From Vitrella brassicaformis CCMP3155 (Eukaryota; Protista; Chromerida), in assembly GCA_001179505.1 (NCBI GenBank), contig CDMY01000370.1, positions 33,513-97,512 of the forward strand: 64,000 bases of DNA, written 5' to 3'. Every line of letters begins with the position of its first letter. The stretch's first letter is position 1. The notes under the pieces are model-generated. The model made no database searches, was not told the origin of the DNA, and saw nothing but the letters and a program-made list of their open reading frames with translations. Position numbers and translations under genes: made by a program. Below are positions 26,264 through 37,639 of this stretch, one piece after another.

Positions 26264-28212
26264 TCAGGAGGGGCTTGACACGCTATCTACACCTACTCCT
26301 CGCCACACCATCTCACCCCTCCTCAGCCTCGATATCCACGTTGACATCGCCCTCTGCTTGTGCTGCTTCTGCTGCTGCTGCTGCTCCACGTGATGCTGCT
26401 GCGGCTCCACGTGATGGTGCTGCTCCTGCTCCGCTCCTGCCTCTCCCCCTGTTAGCGCCGCCCCTGCCCCGATTCCTTCGCTGGGCCCCTTGCTGCTTAG
26501 CTGCGGCGGCCTTGGGCACACCCTTGTCGTCCATATCCTCGTCCATCTGCCCACCGTTGTACCGCAGCAAATCGGCGCCCTCTGAGTGCTGGCTGCCCTG
26601 AATGGCCGACTGCTGGAGCGACGAAAGGCCAGAAACGCTCACCTGACACACAAACACACACACACACACACACACATGCACACATCCATTTACGCCGTGC
26701 ACCCACCTCTCCCTGTGCTCCTTCCTCACCGCATTGCGTTTCGACGCCGCCTTGGGCTTTTGCTTGGCGAGTGCCTCGAGGCCCCCCTTTGTTCAGCAGC
26801 ACTGACTCGGAGGGAGGCTCTCTCACAGAGGGAGCTGCTCCTTACACAGGGACTTCTGCTGCAGGGCGGTCCTGTGCATCTTCTTCTCGGCAGCGTACAA
26901 CCGACCTGAACGGCGGACACAACAAGCAACGACAATGCAATGAACAGATGGCCTGAGGTGGGGTGGTGTTCGCCTCTCTGATGCCGCAGAGTGCTCCCGG
27001 TTTCATTTCTTCACTCATCGACCACCAGATACAGACGACCCAGGGTCAAACTGAGGGGGGTCTGTTTCGTCTGACCGCCGGCCCGGCGGACAGACGACAT
27101 GTACCCCCTCTCGCGTGCTGGTAACTCAAGATCGGGATAGAATCCCACAAGATCGCCTCCAGACTCGCATAACCTTTCACACCTTTGCTGCGTCTCGCTC
27201 CATAGGATGATGACTAAGCCGTCAAAGGTCTCACGGGCTGCGCGAAAGAAAGGGTGTTGAATATCGGCATAAGGAAAGACACCCTTGCGCAGCGGTGGCC
27301 GATATGCCGTTAGTGAGGGCAGCTGGAAGTGGGAGAAGAAGGCTCGGGGGGACGCGATGTGCGTTGTGAGGCGCATGTCTCTCTCAGTGGTTTTCTCTTG
27401 TTTCTCGTTTCCGTTCCGGCACCAGTAGCAGTCCAATAGGCGAGAGAAGAAGAGCCCAATTCTCCAGTTGATTCCCCACCTGCCGGGCGGTCTCTTCTGT
27501 CTCGCCCTCAGCTTGTCGGCTTGGCTCATATTGGATTGGCTATCCAGCCATCTGTCAAATGCGGCGACGATGGTCTCAAGATTCTGGCCGCAGAATCTGT
27601 CGCCATCAGTGAGGATTGGCTCCCTTACGAAGGTGATGGGCTCGAGGAAGTGGGCAGTGGCCGCCGAGCCGGTTGTGAGAGCTTCGGCCGGGTCCTTAGC
27701 TGGCGGCTGCTGTCTCTCACCAAGCGACGGGACCTGCATCTCCTGCAGCAGCTGCAGGAGTTTTTCCAGCCCGTCGATCACACCAATAAGAGCGGCCTTC
27801 TCGTGATCCCTCGCGTTACGTCCACTCAGTAGCCGCTGATGTCCTTAGGATCAGTGACATTCACGCCACTCTCCACAGCCGCCTGCGCCACAGTTAGCTC
27901 ATGTACATGGTGCAGCGGCCTGAGTGGAGGTGCAGATTCACAGCCGATAGGCATGGCTCCCAGCTCGTGCGTCTCCAGTTCTGAAGCAAGACGGCTGTGG
28001 AGCACTTCGTTTGTCAGGTAAGGTGGCGTTGGCCGTTCACCGGACGAGCCAAATGCTGCCAGGGTGTCTTGAGAACCGCAAAGGGGCGGCCATTGATCTT
28101 TTTCATCTATCGTGTCTCCAAAGACGCGTATCGGTGCCGATAGTCGCGAAGGTAGCGGTATGCGGATCTTGCAGGACGTCCGTTCCCTCAGTGATTCTGC
28201 CGTTGGGGCCAT
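26264..28212 (-). pseudogene. Hypothetical gene between X' and Y' with an apparent frameshift; RG/Ala-rich C-terminal exon
   Basis: ORFs 27826..28212 and 27011..27781 (open upstream to about 27845) overlap in different frames. Spliced 3' exons lie at ~26900-26730 and 26645-26313 (QRRNRGRGGANRGRGRSG). Confidence 0.4.
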
Positions 28213-28584
28213 AGTAACGAAAGTGATGGCGTGGCTAGTACCGTCGAGGACGAGGTGAAGGTTGAGTAGTTAAAGGAGTAGCGGGTGTCAGTCAAAGTGG
28301 CCTTGAAGCCTTCATAGGTCTCTCAGCGCCGGTCTCGCCCGATTCTCTTTCCTTCCCACCATTGCCCGAGCAGCATAATGCCAATCGACATGTGCTGCTC
28401 GACTGTGGCTATGGCTCGGGCAGCAGTTTCCTGTCCCTGACATGCATTCACAGAAACATTGCAAAAGCATTGCCTTCATTCATGTGCAGCGGTCCGCTTG
28501 CAGCAGACCTCGTCAGCTGCAGCCTCGCGAGATCTGAGCTCGCAAATCGTCAGCCCCCATTCGCACGGAGTAGTTGGTACGGCA

Positions 28585-29285
28585 ATGTGGACGCCACGAG
28601 AGGAAAATCTCGCTTCTGTTGGGGTCCTCTCTTCTTTGCTGGCCCTGGAGGTCGTTCTTCTTCTTTGCTGGCCCTTCCGTGCGAGGAGGCCATGCTGAAT
28701 GTGGATGAGGAGACCGATTTCATCGTGATAGAGAATAACAGGTGAGCTGAGAAAGGCCACAAATGAAGCGACAACATGCCTTGTTCGTATTCGTGCGCGT
28801 CTTCTGTCAGCAACCCTTTTGGGTCCACCGCAACGCCGCCCGACTCGGCCCCTTTCTCCTCGCCGCCCTCCCCGCCCTCCCCATCCCCGCACTCTCCCTC
28901 CCCGCCCTCTCCCTGCCCCATCTCGCCGAGCCATCCATGCCCTCTCCCTGCCCTCACTCCGGCCGCCATCGGGCCGGCACTTGGGCGCGCCATCAGCACC
29001 AACATTGCATGGGTGACGTTTCATGAGGCGAAGGTGCTGACTGACGCGGGGGAGCACAGGGTGAAGCTGGCTCTGAAAACGCCCCGACCCAACCCGGAGG
29101 CCGAGTACAGTGTGGCCCATGAAGGGTTTATGCTGTATAGCCAGATGAGGGCCTGGCAGCAGCACAAGGGGCTACAGGCAAGGCTGAAGGAGACACTCGA
29201 GAGGGAGGCGAGGTGGAAGAGGAGGTGGCAGCGTACGGCCCTTGGAGGGCACGGCACTGAAGACGGGTGGTTTTTGCTGATGTGA
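28585..29285 (+). pseudogene. Chimeric copy of gene Y fused to a duplicated pdhA 5' end
   Basis: The ATG context GGCAATGTGGACGCCA and CTTCTTTGCTGGCCCT are identical to the pdhA start. They are followed by the Y exon-1 tail (CEEAMLNVDEETDFIVIENN), intron 28742-28810 and Y exon 2. The ATG is out of frame with Y. Confidence 0.6.
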
Positions 29286-29486
29286 ATTGTGAGCCGGTAA
29301 GAAAGAAATATGACAACCCAATGGTGACAACCTGAGTATAGTGTCCGTGTGTGCCGGGTGCCGAACAGGCCCATGTGGCTGTTGTCCGCTCCATCAGCGC
29401 ATTGTACGGGCCAGGGGGGTGACGACGACGACGATGACGATGAGTGCCCTTTTCGTTGCTGAGAGAGGGGGGGGGGGGGGGGGGGG

Positions 29487-29786
29487 NNNNNNNNNNNNNN
29501 NNNNNNNNNNNNNNNNNNNNNNNNNNNNNNNNNNNNNNNNNNNNNNNNNNNNNNNNNNNNNNNNNNNNNNNNNNNNNNNNNNNNNNNNNNNNNNNNNNNN
29601 NNNNNNNNNNNNNNNNNNNNNNNNNNNNNNNNNNNNNNNNNNNNNNNNNNNNNNNNNNNNNNNNNNNNNNNNNNNNNNNNNNNNNNNNNNNNNNNNNNNN
29701 NNNNNNNNNNNNNNNNNNNNNNNNNNNNNNNNNNNNNNNNNNNNNNNNNNNNNNNNNNNNNNNNNNNNNNNNNNNNNNNNNNNNNN
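29487..29786. other. Scaffold gap (300 N) flanked by poly-G
   Basis: Run of N preceded by about 20 G and followed by a G run. Confidence 0.99.
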
Positions 29787-30592
29787 GGGGGGCGGAGATG
29801 GATTGTCGTGTATTGTGAGAGGGGATTTCTTTGCTCTGTCGTGGTCGTGCCGCGAGTGCCATTCAGGGGGCGCCTGCTGCATCTTCGGTGATGCAGGGCG
29901 TTTCTCTGAATGGTCGCTCGCGGCGGCCGACTGGCTGGCCTTTCGACGGGCTTACATATCCTTCCCTCTCTCTCTCTCTCTCTGAATGTGCATACACATG
30001 TATGCATGCCCAAGGACAGGCCGACCGATGCGCCACCCACTGTGTGTGTCCATCCATCCATCCATCCATGTGTGACGCATTGCTTGCTTCATGCACACAG
30101 ACATGGCAGTGTGTGTTTCACACTCGTTGTCCATCCATACACACACATGTCATGACACCAGACAGACCGGCTGCTCCCATGCAGTCATTTTTGCCTCCTT
30201 GTGGGTGCACGGCGATTGATTGATGCGTGTGGGTGGGTGGGTCGACGGGCGGGTTACCTTCCTCTCTCTCTGTGTGTGTCGTCCTGACTCCATATTGTTT
30301 TTGCGTGACCCCATGGATGCTGATGCTGTGCGGATACATCTGCTGCATGTGGTGGGTGGGATGCGATTTACGTGCGCCTGTGGTCCATCTCTGCTGCCTT
30401 GCCTGAACACACCTATGTATATATATATACGTACACATCCATGCACCCACGGCCTCTCTATCTGTCTCTCTCTGCATGAATGGCTGGATCGGTTGAGAGA
30501 CATGGAGATAAGCTAAGTGCGGTTCGCGAGAGATCTGAGCTCGCAAAATTCAATCGTGAGCTCGCATTCAAAGGGGAGAATCGGATCTGGCA

Positions 30593-32363
30593 ATGTGGAC
30601 GCCATTATCTTCTTTGCTGGCCCTGCTGGGCGTCCTTCACACCCACGGCTTCCATGCATTCCTCCCGCGTCCCTCCCTCCTGCACTCCAGCAGCACCCGT
30701 CCCTCGCCTGCCCGCCTCTCCCCGTCCATGTCCGTCTCGGCGCTGCAGAACATCGCCACGAGCACCGCAGAGGCCCCGCCAGCGCCCGCTGATCTGCCGA
30801 AGCGCAATTATCTTCGCAGCATGAGGGCGAATGTGGATGCTAAGGTTGCTCAGATGCTCTACGAGGATATGTGTCTCGGGCGGCAGTTCGAGGACATGTG
30901 CGCCCAGATGTACTACCGCGGCAGGGTGGCGGGCTTCGTGCATCTCTACAACGGGCAGGAGGCCGTCAGTACAGGCATCATCAAGTGCCTCCGCAAGGAC
31001 GACGTCATCTCGTCGACTTATCGCGACCACGTGCACGCTCTGAGTAAGGGCGTCCCGGCGCGGGAGGTCATGGCGGAGCTGTACGGCAAGGAGACGGGCT
31101 GCTCCAAGGGCAGGGGCGGGTCCATGCACATGTTCTCCAAGGAGTGGGGCGTCATGGGCGGCTTTGCCTTCATCTCTGAGAACGTCCCCATTGCCCTCGG
31201 GGCGGCCTTCAGCATCGCGTACAGGCGGCAGCAGATGCTCGACGAGTCGGCCGACCAGGTAGTCGTCTGCTTTCTCGGCGACGGTGCCAGTAACAACGGC
31301 ATCTTCTACGAAGCAATGAACATGGCCGCCCTGGCGCGACTGCCCATCATATTTGTCGTCGAAAACAACAACTGGTAAGCGATGACTGAATGAGCATACC
31401 TACTCCATCCATTGGATGGGAGGATGTTTCGTGTTGCCTGTGTTGTGTGCGTGCAGGGCCATCGGTATGGCTCACTACCGCTCTACATCTGTGCCTGAGA
31501 TCTACAAGAAGGGACCTGCGTTTGGCGTGCCCGGCTATGAGGTCGATGGCATGGACGTCCTGGCTGTCCGGGCAGCTGCACGCAAGGCTGTCAAGCGTGC
31601 GCGGGCCGGGGAGGGACCCACTCTCATCGAGGCACTCACTTACAGATTCCGGTGCGCTTCTCTCGAGAGAGCCAGGCAAAGGAGTCGGTATCCATTACTG
31701 TGTATGTGTGTGCTCAGGGGTCATTCTCTTGCTGACCCCGATGAGCTGCGAGCCCCTCTCGAGAAGTCAGCCTGGCTTGCGCGTGACCCGATCGCCACAT
31801 TTGGCGAGTACATGAAGGACATGGGCTACAGCAACGACTACCTCCTCAAGGAAACACAAAAGAAGGTCTGAATGTGCACGAGCCTTCATGGAGCCCTCAT
31901 GCACATTCACACATATACTGTCGGTCTATCTGTCTGTCTGTCTGCCTGTGTGTCAGGTCCGTGCTCTTGTCGAGGATTCCGTCAGCTTCGCCGAATCGTC
32001 ACCCGAACCGAAAGTAGAGGTACGAGACGACCACGCAAACTCCTCGTCCACCGGTGTGCATCTGGGTGCGGCTGTGACGATGCATTTTATGCAGGAGGTC
32101 GGCGAGTACATTTTTGCCGACGGGTACGTGCCTGAGCCGGAGCACTTCAGCGACGAGGAGCTGCACCAATACGCAGTCGCACTCAAGGACGAACTGGACC
32201 AACAGGTAAGATGGTCAATGATTGATGGCTGGATGGATGGATGGATGCTTCCGTTGTTTGTTTGTCTTGGCTGTCTTGTGCGCAGGAGCGTCGCAAAGCT
32301 GGCGACAAGACTCCCCCCACCGCTGTGCAGCTGCAGAGGCAGCCTCTCAAGGTCATCGACTGA
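30593..32363 (+). CDS. pdhA: Pyruvate dehydrogenase E1 alpha subunit, plastid-type with bipartite leader; 6 exons
   Basis: [55 protein letters not shown] motif GDGASNNG...NNW, TYRFR|GHSLADPD. Leader [23 protein letters not shown] followed by a Ser/Pro/Arg-rich transit peptide. Last exon ends QPLKVID*. Confidence 0.95.
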
Positions 32364-32842
32364 AAACAGACAGAGGGATCTGTCTGAGTGTCGTGCCTCT
32401 CTCTCTCTATCTCTTTCTGTGAATGTGAATGCATGCCTCTCTCTGTGTCGCTACGACGTTTTGATCATGACTGTGCTTGCCTGTCCCCTCTCCTACACAC
32501 GCACAATGGCTGCATGCGTGAGCGTGATGTGATGCGATTGATGCCATCCTTGTTTGAGCCATACATACATTCATCCATCCTTGTCCTGTGTGTTGGAATC
32601 GATTCTGTGAATGAAGCAGAAGACCAAGTGTACTGTATGCATCTTTCTGTCTGCTTTTTCTCAGTGGTTTTTCTTCATGCGAGACCCATCCATCGCAATG
32701 CTCTGTTTCAATTCCGGAATGTGTGCCGTCACTCACACTTGCGAGCTCAATTCCTACAACGGGTTTCGCATTGCCGTGTGTATTCCTGTGTATTCGGAGG
32801 CTTCGCTTCAAGCTTTGCAGAACTACGCCCACAAGGAAAGCA

Positions 32843-34473
32843 ATGGACAAGTTCTGGGATCGTAAGCTGACAGAGAGAGCCTCCCCAGTCAGCCTGCCTG
32901 CGTGCGTGGCTCATCTGAGTGCCTTCATTGTGTTCAGCTTTTTTCTTTTGAGGGAAGAGATAATTGACAGATGGCATCCATGCACTCGCTTGTCCAAATC
33001 GCCTCCATGAATCTATCCACATATGCCTATGCACAAAGGGCACGCTCACTCATTGTGTTCAGCCGACAAGTACAAAAGCACGTTGTGCAACTACTACAAC
33101 AGTGGCTCGTGTCGATTCGGAGAACGGTAGGGGTACTACGCCATTGATTATGACAGACGATAAGGGCTTCGATGGCTTGTGTGTATGCAGGTGCCGGTTT
33201 GCCCATGGCAGAAAGTCAGTCGGCTCATTGCATCGTCAACACGACAGACGGATGGGCGGCGCACACTGAATGCCATCTTGTGTGTCCGTGTGTGTGTGCT
33301 TTGTTCAGGGAGCTTCAGTCGCCCTACCTGCGGATGAAGATGTGCGAGTATGTCGACAGCCACGGTAGGGTACACTTACTGCATCAGGGCTTACAGAAAC
33401 AATCGATGGATGGATGGATGGATGCCATCGTCTGTGCGCCCCCATCGTCGGTGCAGGTCATGGTTGCAGATTCGGCGACAGATGCAACTATGCACATACG
33501 ATGGAGGAGCTCGACGCATGGCTGTGAGTCACACATCCAAACGCCAAGCCAACGACCGTCGATGGTTTCTCAATGTGAATGGTTTTTACAGAGGCCGCAA
33601 CTTGACGCCAGACACCCGACCACAGCCGTTGGCGTCCAGCAACGTCGACATCACGCCCCCGCCCATCCCCCCGGTGTTCGAGACGCAGGTGTCATCCGAC
33701 TCGCAGTGGCCTGGCCTGCTGCCGCGGCCAACCTACCCGCCTCCTCCTGCACCAGTGGGACCCCGGCCACCAGTATCGCTTTCTTGCGACGCTGGTGGCC
33801 GTGGCGGTGGTAATGACGAGAGGGCCGGCACCGATACGGCGGAAATCGCAGATGCCAAGGAGATAGTATCGGGCGAGAACCGTCATGAGTGAGTTGCCAA
33901 GTGGCGATGGAGGGGATGCCTGATGAGGGGCGGCATGCTATGTGTGGTTCTGTGGCTGTTATCCGTGTGTACAGGTCGACGAATGTGAGTTCAAGTGAGG
34001 CCGAGCTGGACTCGATGCGGCTGCGTTTGGCCGAGCTGGAGAGCACGGTACAGGAGCTACGTTTGGAGCTGGCGGCAGAGCAACAGGCCAAAGAGGACGA
34101 AAAGGACAAACGGTGGGTATGTGGGTAGGGACAAGGGCTGGCTGACTGACAGAGAGAGAGAGGGAGGGAGGGATGGAGCAAATGAAGGGAGGGACAGAAC
34201 GCGATTGTGCCATTGCTTTGCGGTTGATGCAGTATGTGCAAGATATGTCACGAGAAGCAGCATCGATTCTGTTCATGCCCTGCAAGCACCTCACCATGTG
34301 CACAGGTATACATGGATGGATGGATGGATGGATGGAAACGCAATCGCTGGCTTTACTCCTTCTTCGCCTCTTCGCTATGTCCAGAGTGTTTTGTGGACAA
34401 GTTCCAAGGCAAGGAGTGCATTATGTGTGGGCAGGAGTACGAGAGCAAGATGGCCATTAAGCCGTTCGACTGA
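32843..34473 (+). CDS. CCCH zinc-finger (x2) + coiled coil + C-terminal C3HC4 RING protein (apparent 1-nt frameshift in the RING)
   Basis: MDKFWD|PDKYKSTLCNYYNSGSCRFGER|CRFAHG...|KMCEYVDSH...CRYGDRCNYAH. RING residues read CKIC...ILFMPCKHLTMCT|ECFVDKFQGKECIMC. Confidence 0.8.
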
Positions 34474-35211
34474 CTGACTGACTGATACGCTAGACACACT
34501 AGTTTCTTAGACATCCTCACCTAAGCTGACGTACGTGCCCTTTTTTCCTTCCTCTTAGGAATGCACGGCCTCTGATCTTGCTGAGTGCTTGTGGGCGTGG
34601 TGTATCATGTTTCATGTCTCGTCTGTGTGTGCCCGTGTGTGTGTGTGTGTGTGGTCTGATAGCAAGGAAGAAACCTAAGGCAGTCAACTATTGGCTCAGC
34701 AGTAAGGGGATAGCCATGTCCGGCATTCATTCATATGTGCCGGGGCAAGGGATTGGTATTTTGGAACAAGGCAAGGCAAGTGCGTGCCTTCCATGCTTTT
34801 GGGAGGCTTTTTTCGCGCATACATCGGCAAGCGTACATGTTGAATGGCAGTCACGTGATTGCATGATTGCGTGGATATAGCGGACAGGCAACTCTTTCAC
34901 ACATCACGCGCACGATAAAGGAAATGCGTTTCCTTTGGTCCACACGCATACGCATGCAGATCGATCAATCACGGCGAAATAAAACCATACACACGTTGCG
35001 CGTACGCAGCTATTTCAAAACGAACTCAAGACCATACATACCATAGTGTGTGTATAATGTATAGTGTGGCTGTATACGCCATTGCACTTCCTGAATCGAC
35101 AAGCAGCATCTCATCCCATCTACTAAGCAAACACTTGCACAGCACGCACGCACGAAGCTATCCATCCCATCCACTGCACACCCAATCAGCCCATCCATCC
35201 ATCCATGTGTG

Positions 35212-37347
35212 CTATCTCTTCTTGCCCGCGCCATGGTGTCTGCCGCCCTCTCCCTCCGCCAGAATCGACGGCAGCCACTCTGCCTTGTCCGTCAGCTCTC
35301 TCGACCGAGATAAAGACGCCCAGCCCAGAATCTGTCTGCCACCGCTTTCTTTGTCTGTCTCTTTGCCAGGAGACCCGCTCCCTCTGCTGCTGGTGGTGGT
35401 GCTGGTGGTGGATGAGGAAGCGGACGACACAGTGGTGGGGGTGAGCACATCCTCCCGTGGCACCGACACGTCGATCGAGCAATAGGTCGGGTGGCTGTGG
35501 CTGACGTGGCTGCTCTGGCTGGTGTAGAAGTGCAAGAACTGCTCTTTCCTCTTGACGTGTGAGAGGGAGAAGGGCGCCAGGATGGTGACGATGACCAGAC
35601 AGCCGAGAGCGATAGACGGGACCACCTCGTAGCTCCAGCTGTACCAGATGGCGAGAAAGCACGGCAGCAGGGATATCAACACGCCGGGAGCGCAGAAAGC
35701 CACACATCCCCAGAAAGAGCGGATGGGCACCCAACATGCCCTACCGAGGTCCGGCCGCGTCCACCGCAGATGCAGGAAGGCCGCATAGACAATCACGTTG
35801 GTTGCGGCGTAAGACAGGGACGAGATACTCGTGAGGCTCGTGAACTTGAGGAAGATCGAGCATGCCATGGCGAACACGAAGAGGGCCACCATTGCGCGGA
35901 CGGGCTGCTGGTTGCTGGTGCGCTCGGCGAGGAATGAGGGAAGGTAGCCGTGGTCGGCCATGCAAGCGACGAACTCACAGGAAGTGGTGAGGTCGCCCAC
36001 GAACTGCCCCAGTGCCGAGATGACCGAGCCTGCGATGACAAGGCGGCCGAGAACAACACCGAAGAGGCCGCCGCCGATAGCTCTGGCCACCTCAACGAAA
36101 TACCCGTCGGTCCACGCGATGTAGGTCGGCAGCACCGCCGCACCTGCAGTGTGAGAAGGAAGGGCAGAGAGAGGCGCGCATACACACGTTCGTGTGTGGT
36201 GTGCCGAGGGCTTTCTCACCTGCCCAGAGCGGCAGGACGTATGAGATGGAGACGACGATGCAGTTGACCAGCATGGCTGTTGGGACGTTACGCAGATCGC
36301 TGTTGTCCTCAACTCGCGTCAAAGCACTGTGGTAGCTGCACAACACACAAAACAAGACACGCACACAAACAAAAACAGACGCACACACATGGGCATGAGA
36401 GCCTCTCTCTCTCTTCCAGAGAGAGGTCTTTGTGCTTACCCAGAGTTGCACCAAATCAATGTCGTGATGCCAGCGAAGAGCTGCATCTGGTGGGGGTACT
36501 TGGGTATGCTCATGAAGGCCACTGGCGACACAGCCACAGGGGCCCAAAGCAGGATAATTACAAAGGGCAATATGGCCCCCACGGTGAGGCACACGAACAC
36601 CGAGCCGATCTGGTCGATCTTGAGTGTGCAGATGAAGAGCCCCAGGAACATGATGGTGAAGTTGAAGGCCGTCTCGAAGCGCTCATCGGTGCCGAACATC
36701 GGCACCCACTTGGACAAATACCCGACCGAGCATGAAGAATAAGAACTGACACCCAAGAGAGTGCGATGATAAGAGTCGGTATGGTTCCATCAGTCGTCGG
36801 TGACTCACCCGAGCACAGTGCATTCATAGGCCAAATAGATAATACCGGTCAGAAACCCTGAGAGCGGTCCGAGGCCGTATCGGGCCCATACCTGACACAT
36901 ACAGGCAGGCAGGTTATCCCAATCGATTACAGACTGATTGCTGCCCCTCCTCTCCCTCTCCTCTGCACCATGAGGGGTGCCTACCATTGGCCCTCCGTTG
37001 TGCGGCATCATGAGGGAGAGCTCCAGACAGACGAGCGAGTAGGGAAAGGCATAGAGGACGCACATGGCGAGCTGACCGCCGATGGCCAAGGGCAGCCCCA
37101 GGGACCGCACGAGCATCTCCGACCCGTACACGCCGCCCGACACGGAGAAGAATGCCAGACCCAGCAACCCAAGGATGCCCAGCTTCGACTGGGCCCACGA
37201 AGATGCTCCTGCTGTTGTCTTTGCCGCATTGCCGTGGCCATCAGAGAGGGAGCAGGCTGTGTAGGTGGTGCTGCTGCTGTGCGATGACGGGGCGTGCAGA
37301 GGGCTCAGCGATAGGGCTGCGTCACTCTCGATGTCACAGCTCCGCAT
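35212..37347 (-). CDS. APC-superfamily amino acid/polyamine permease
   Basis: KLGILGLLGLAFFSVSGGVYGSE (TM1 motif), ELSLMMPHNGG..WARYGLGPLSGF, LIWCNSG, ADHGYLPSFLA, FLHLRWTRPDLGR. About 12 hydrophobic segments. Confidence 0.9.
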
Positions 37348-37639
37348 AGTTTGCAGCGAGAGGAAGAAGAGAGATGAGGATGAGAGAACTGACTGAGGGG
37401 ACGCTCCACAGCTCAGAGAGAAGGCCTCCGTTTCCTGTCCATGCTTGTCAACGTCGTTGCGATGGCTGCTGACCAACGCCTCACCGCAGAGAGGGAATGA
37501 TATCGCTCCGCAGCTGCGCTGCTCGAATCTGAGGCTGGGCTCTCGCTGCTTCTCTGGAAAAATGAGCGGATTCCCGAGATGCGTAGCGCGCTCAGGCGAA
37601 GTCTCGCCCCCAAGCGCGCAGCCCCCAGGCGAAAGGCAC

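Larger units (their letters stand above)
25280..29335. repeat. Segmental duplication, copy B (X' 25280-25922 and Y' 28680-29335, separated by ~2.75 kb absent from copy A)
   Basis: Shared long strings such as CCCTCCCCGCCCTCCCCATCCCCGCACTCTCCCTCCCCGCCCTCTCCCTGCCCCATCTCGCCGAGCCATCCATGCC and AATTGTGAGCCGGTAAGAAAGAAATATGACAACCCAAT. Confidence 0.9.

Noticed and set aside
17300-29400. Autonomous transposon as the cause of the duplications
   Set aside because: No transposase, RT, integrase or Rep/helicase motifs, and no TIRs or LTRs, were recognised in any frame.
29021-30061. Long ORFs spanning the N gaps (also 42799-43612)
   Set aside because: Artefacts of Ns translated as X.
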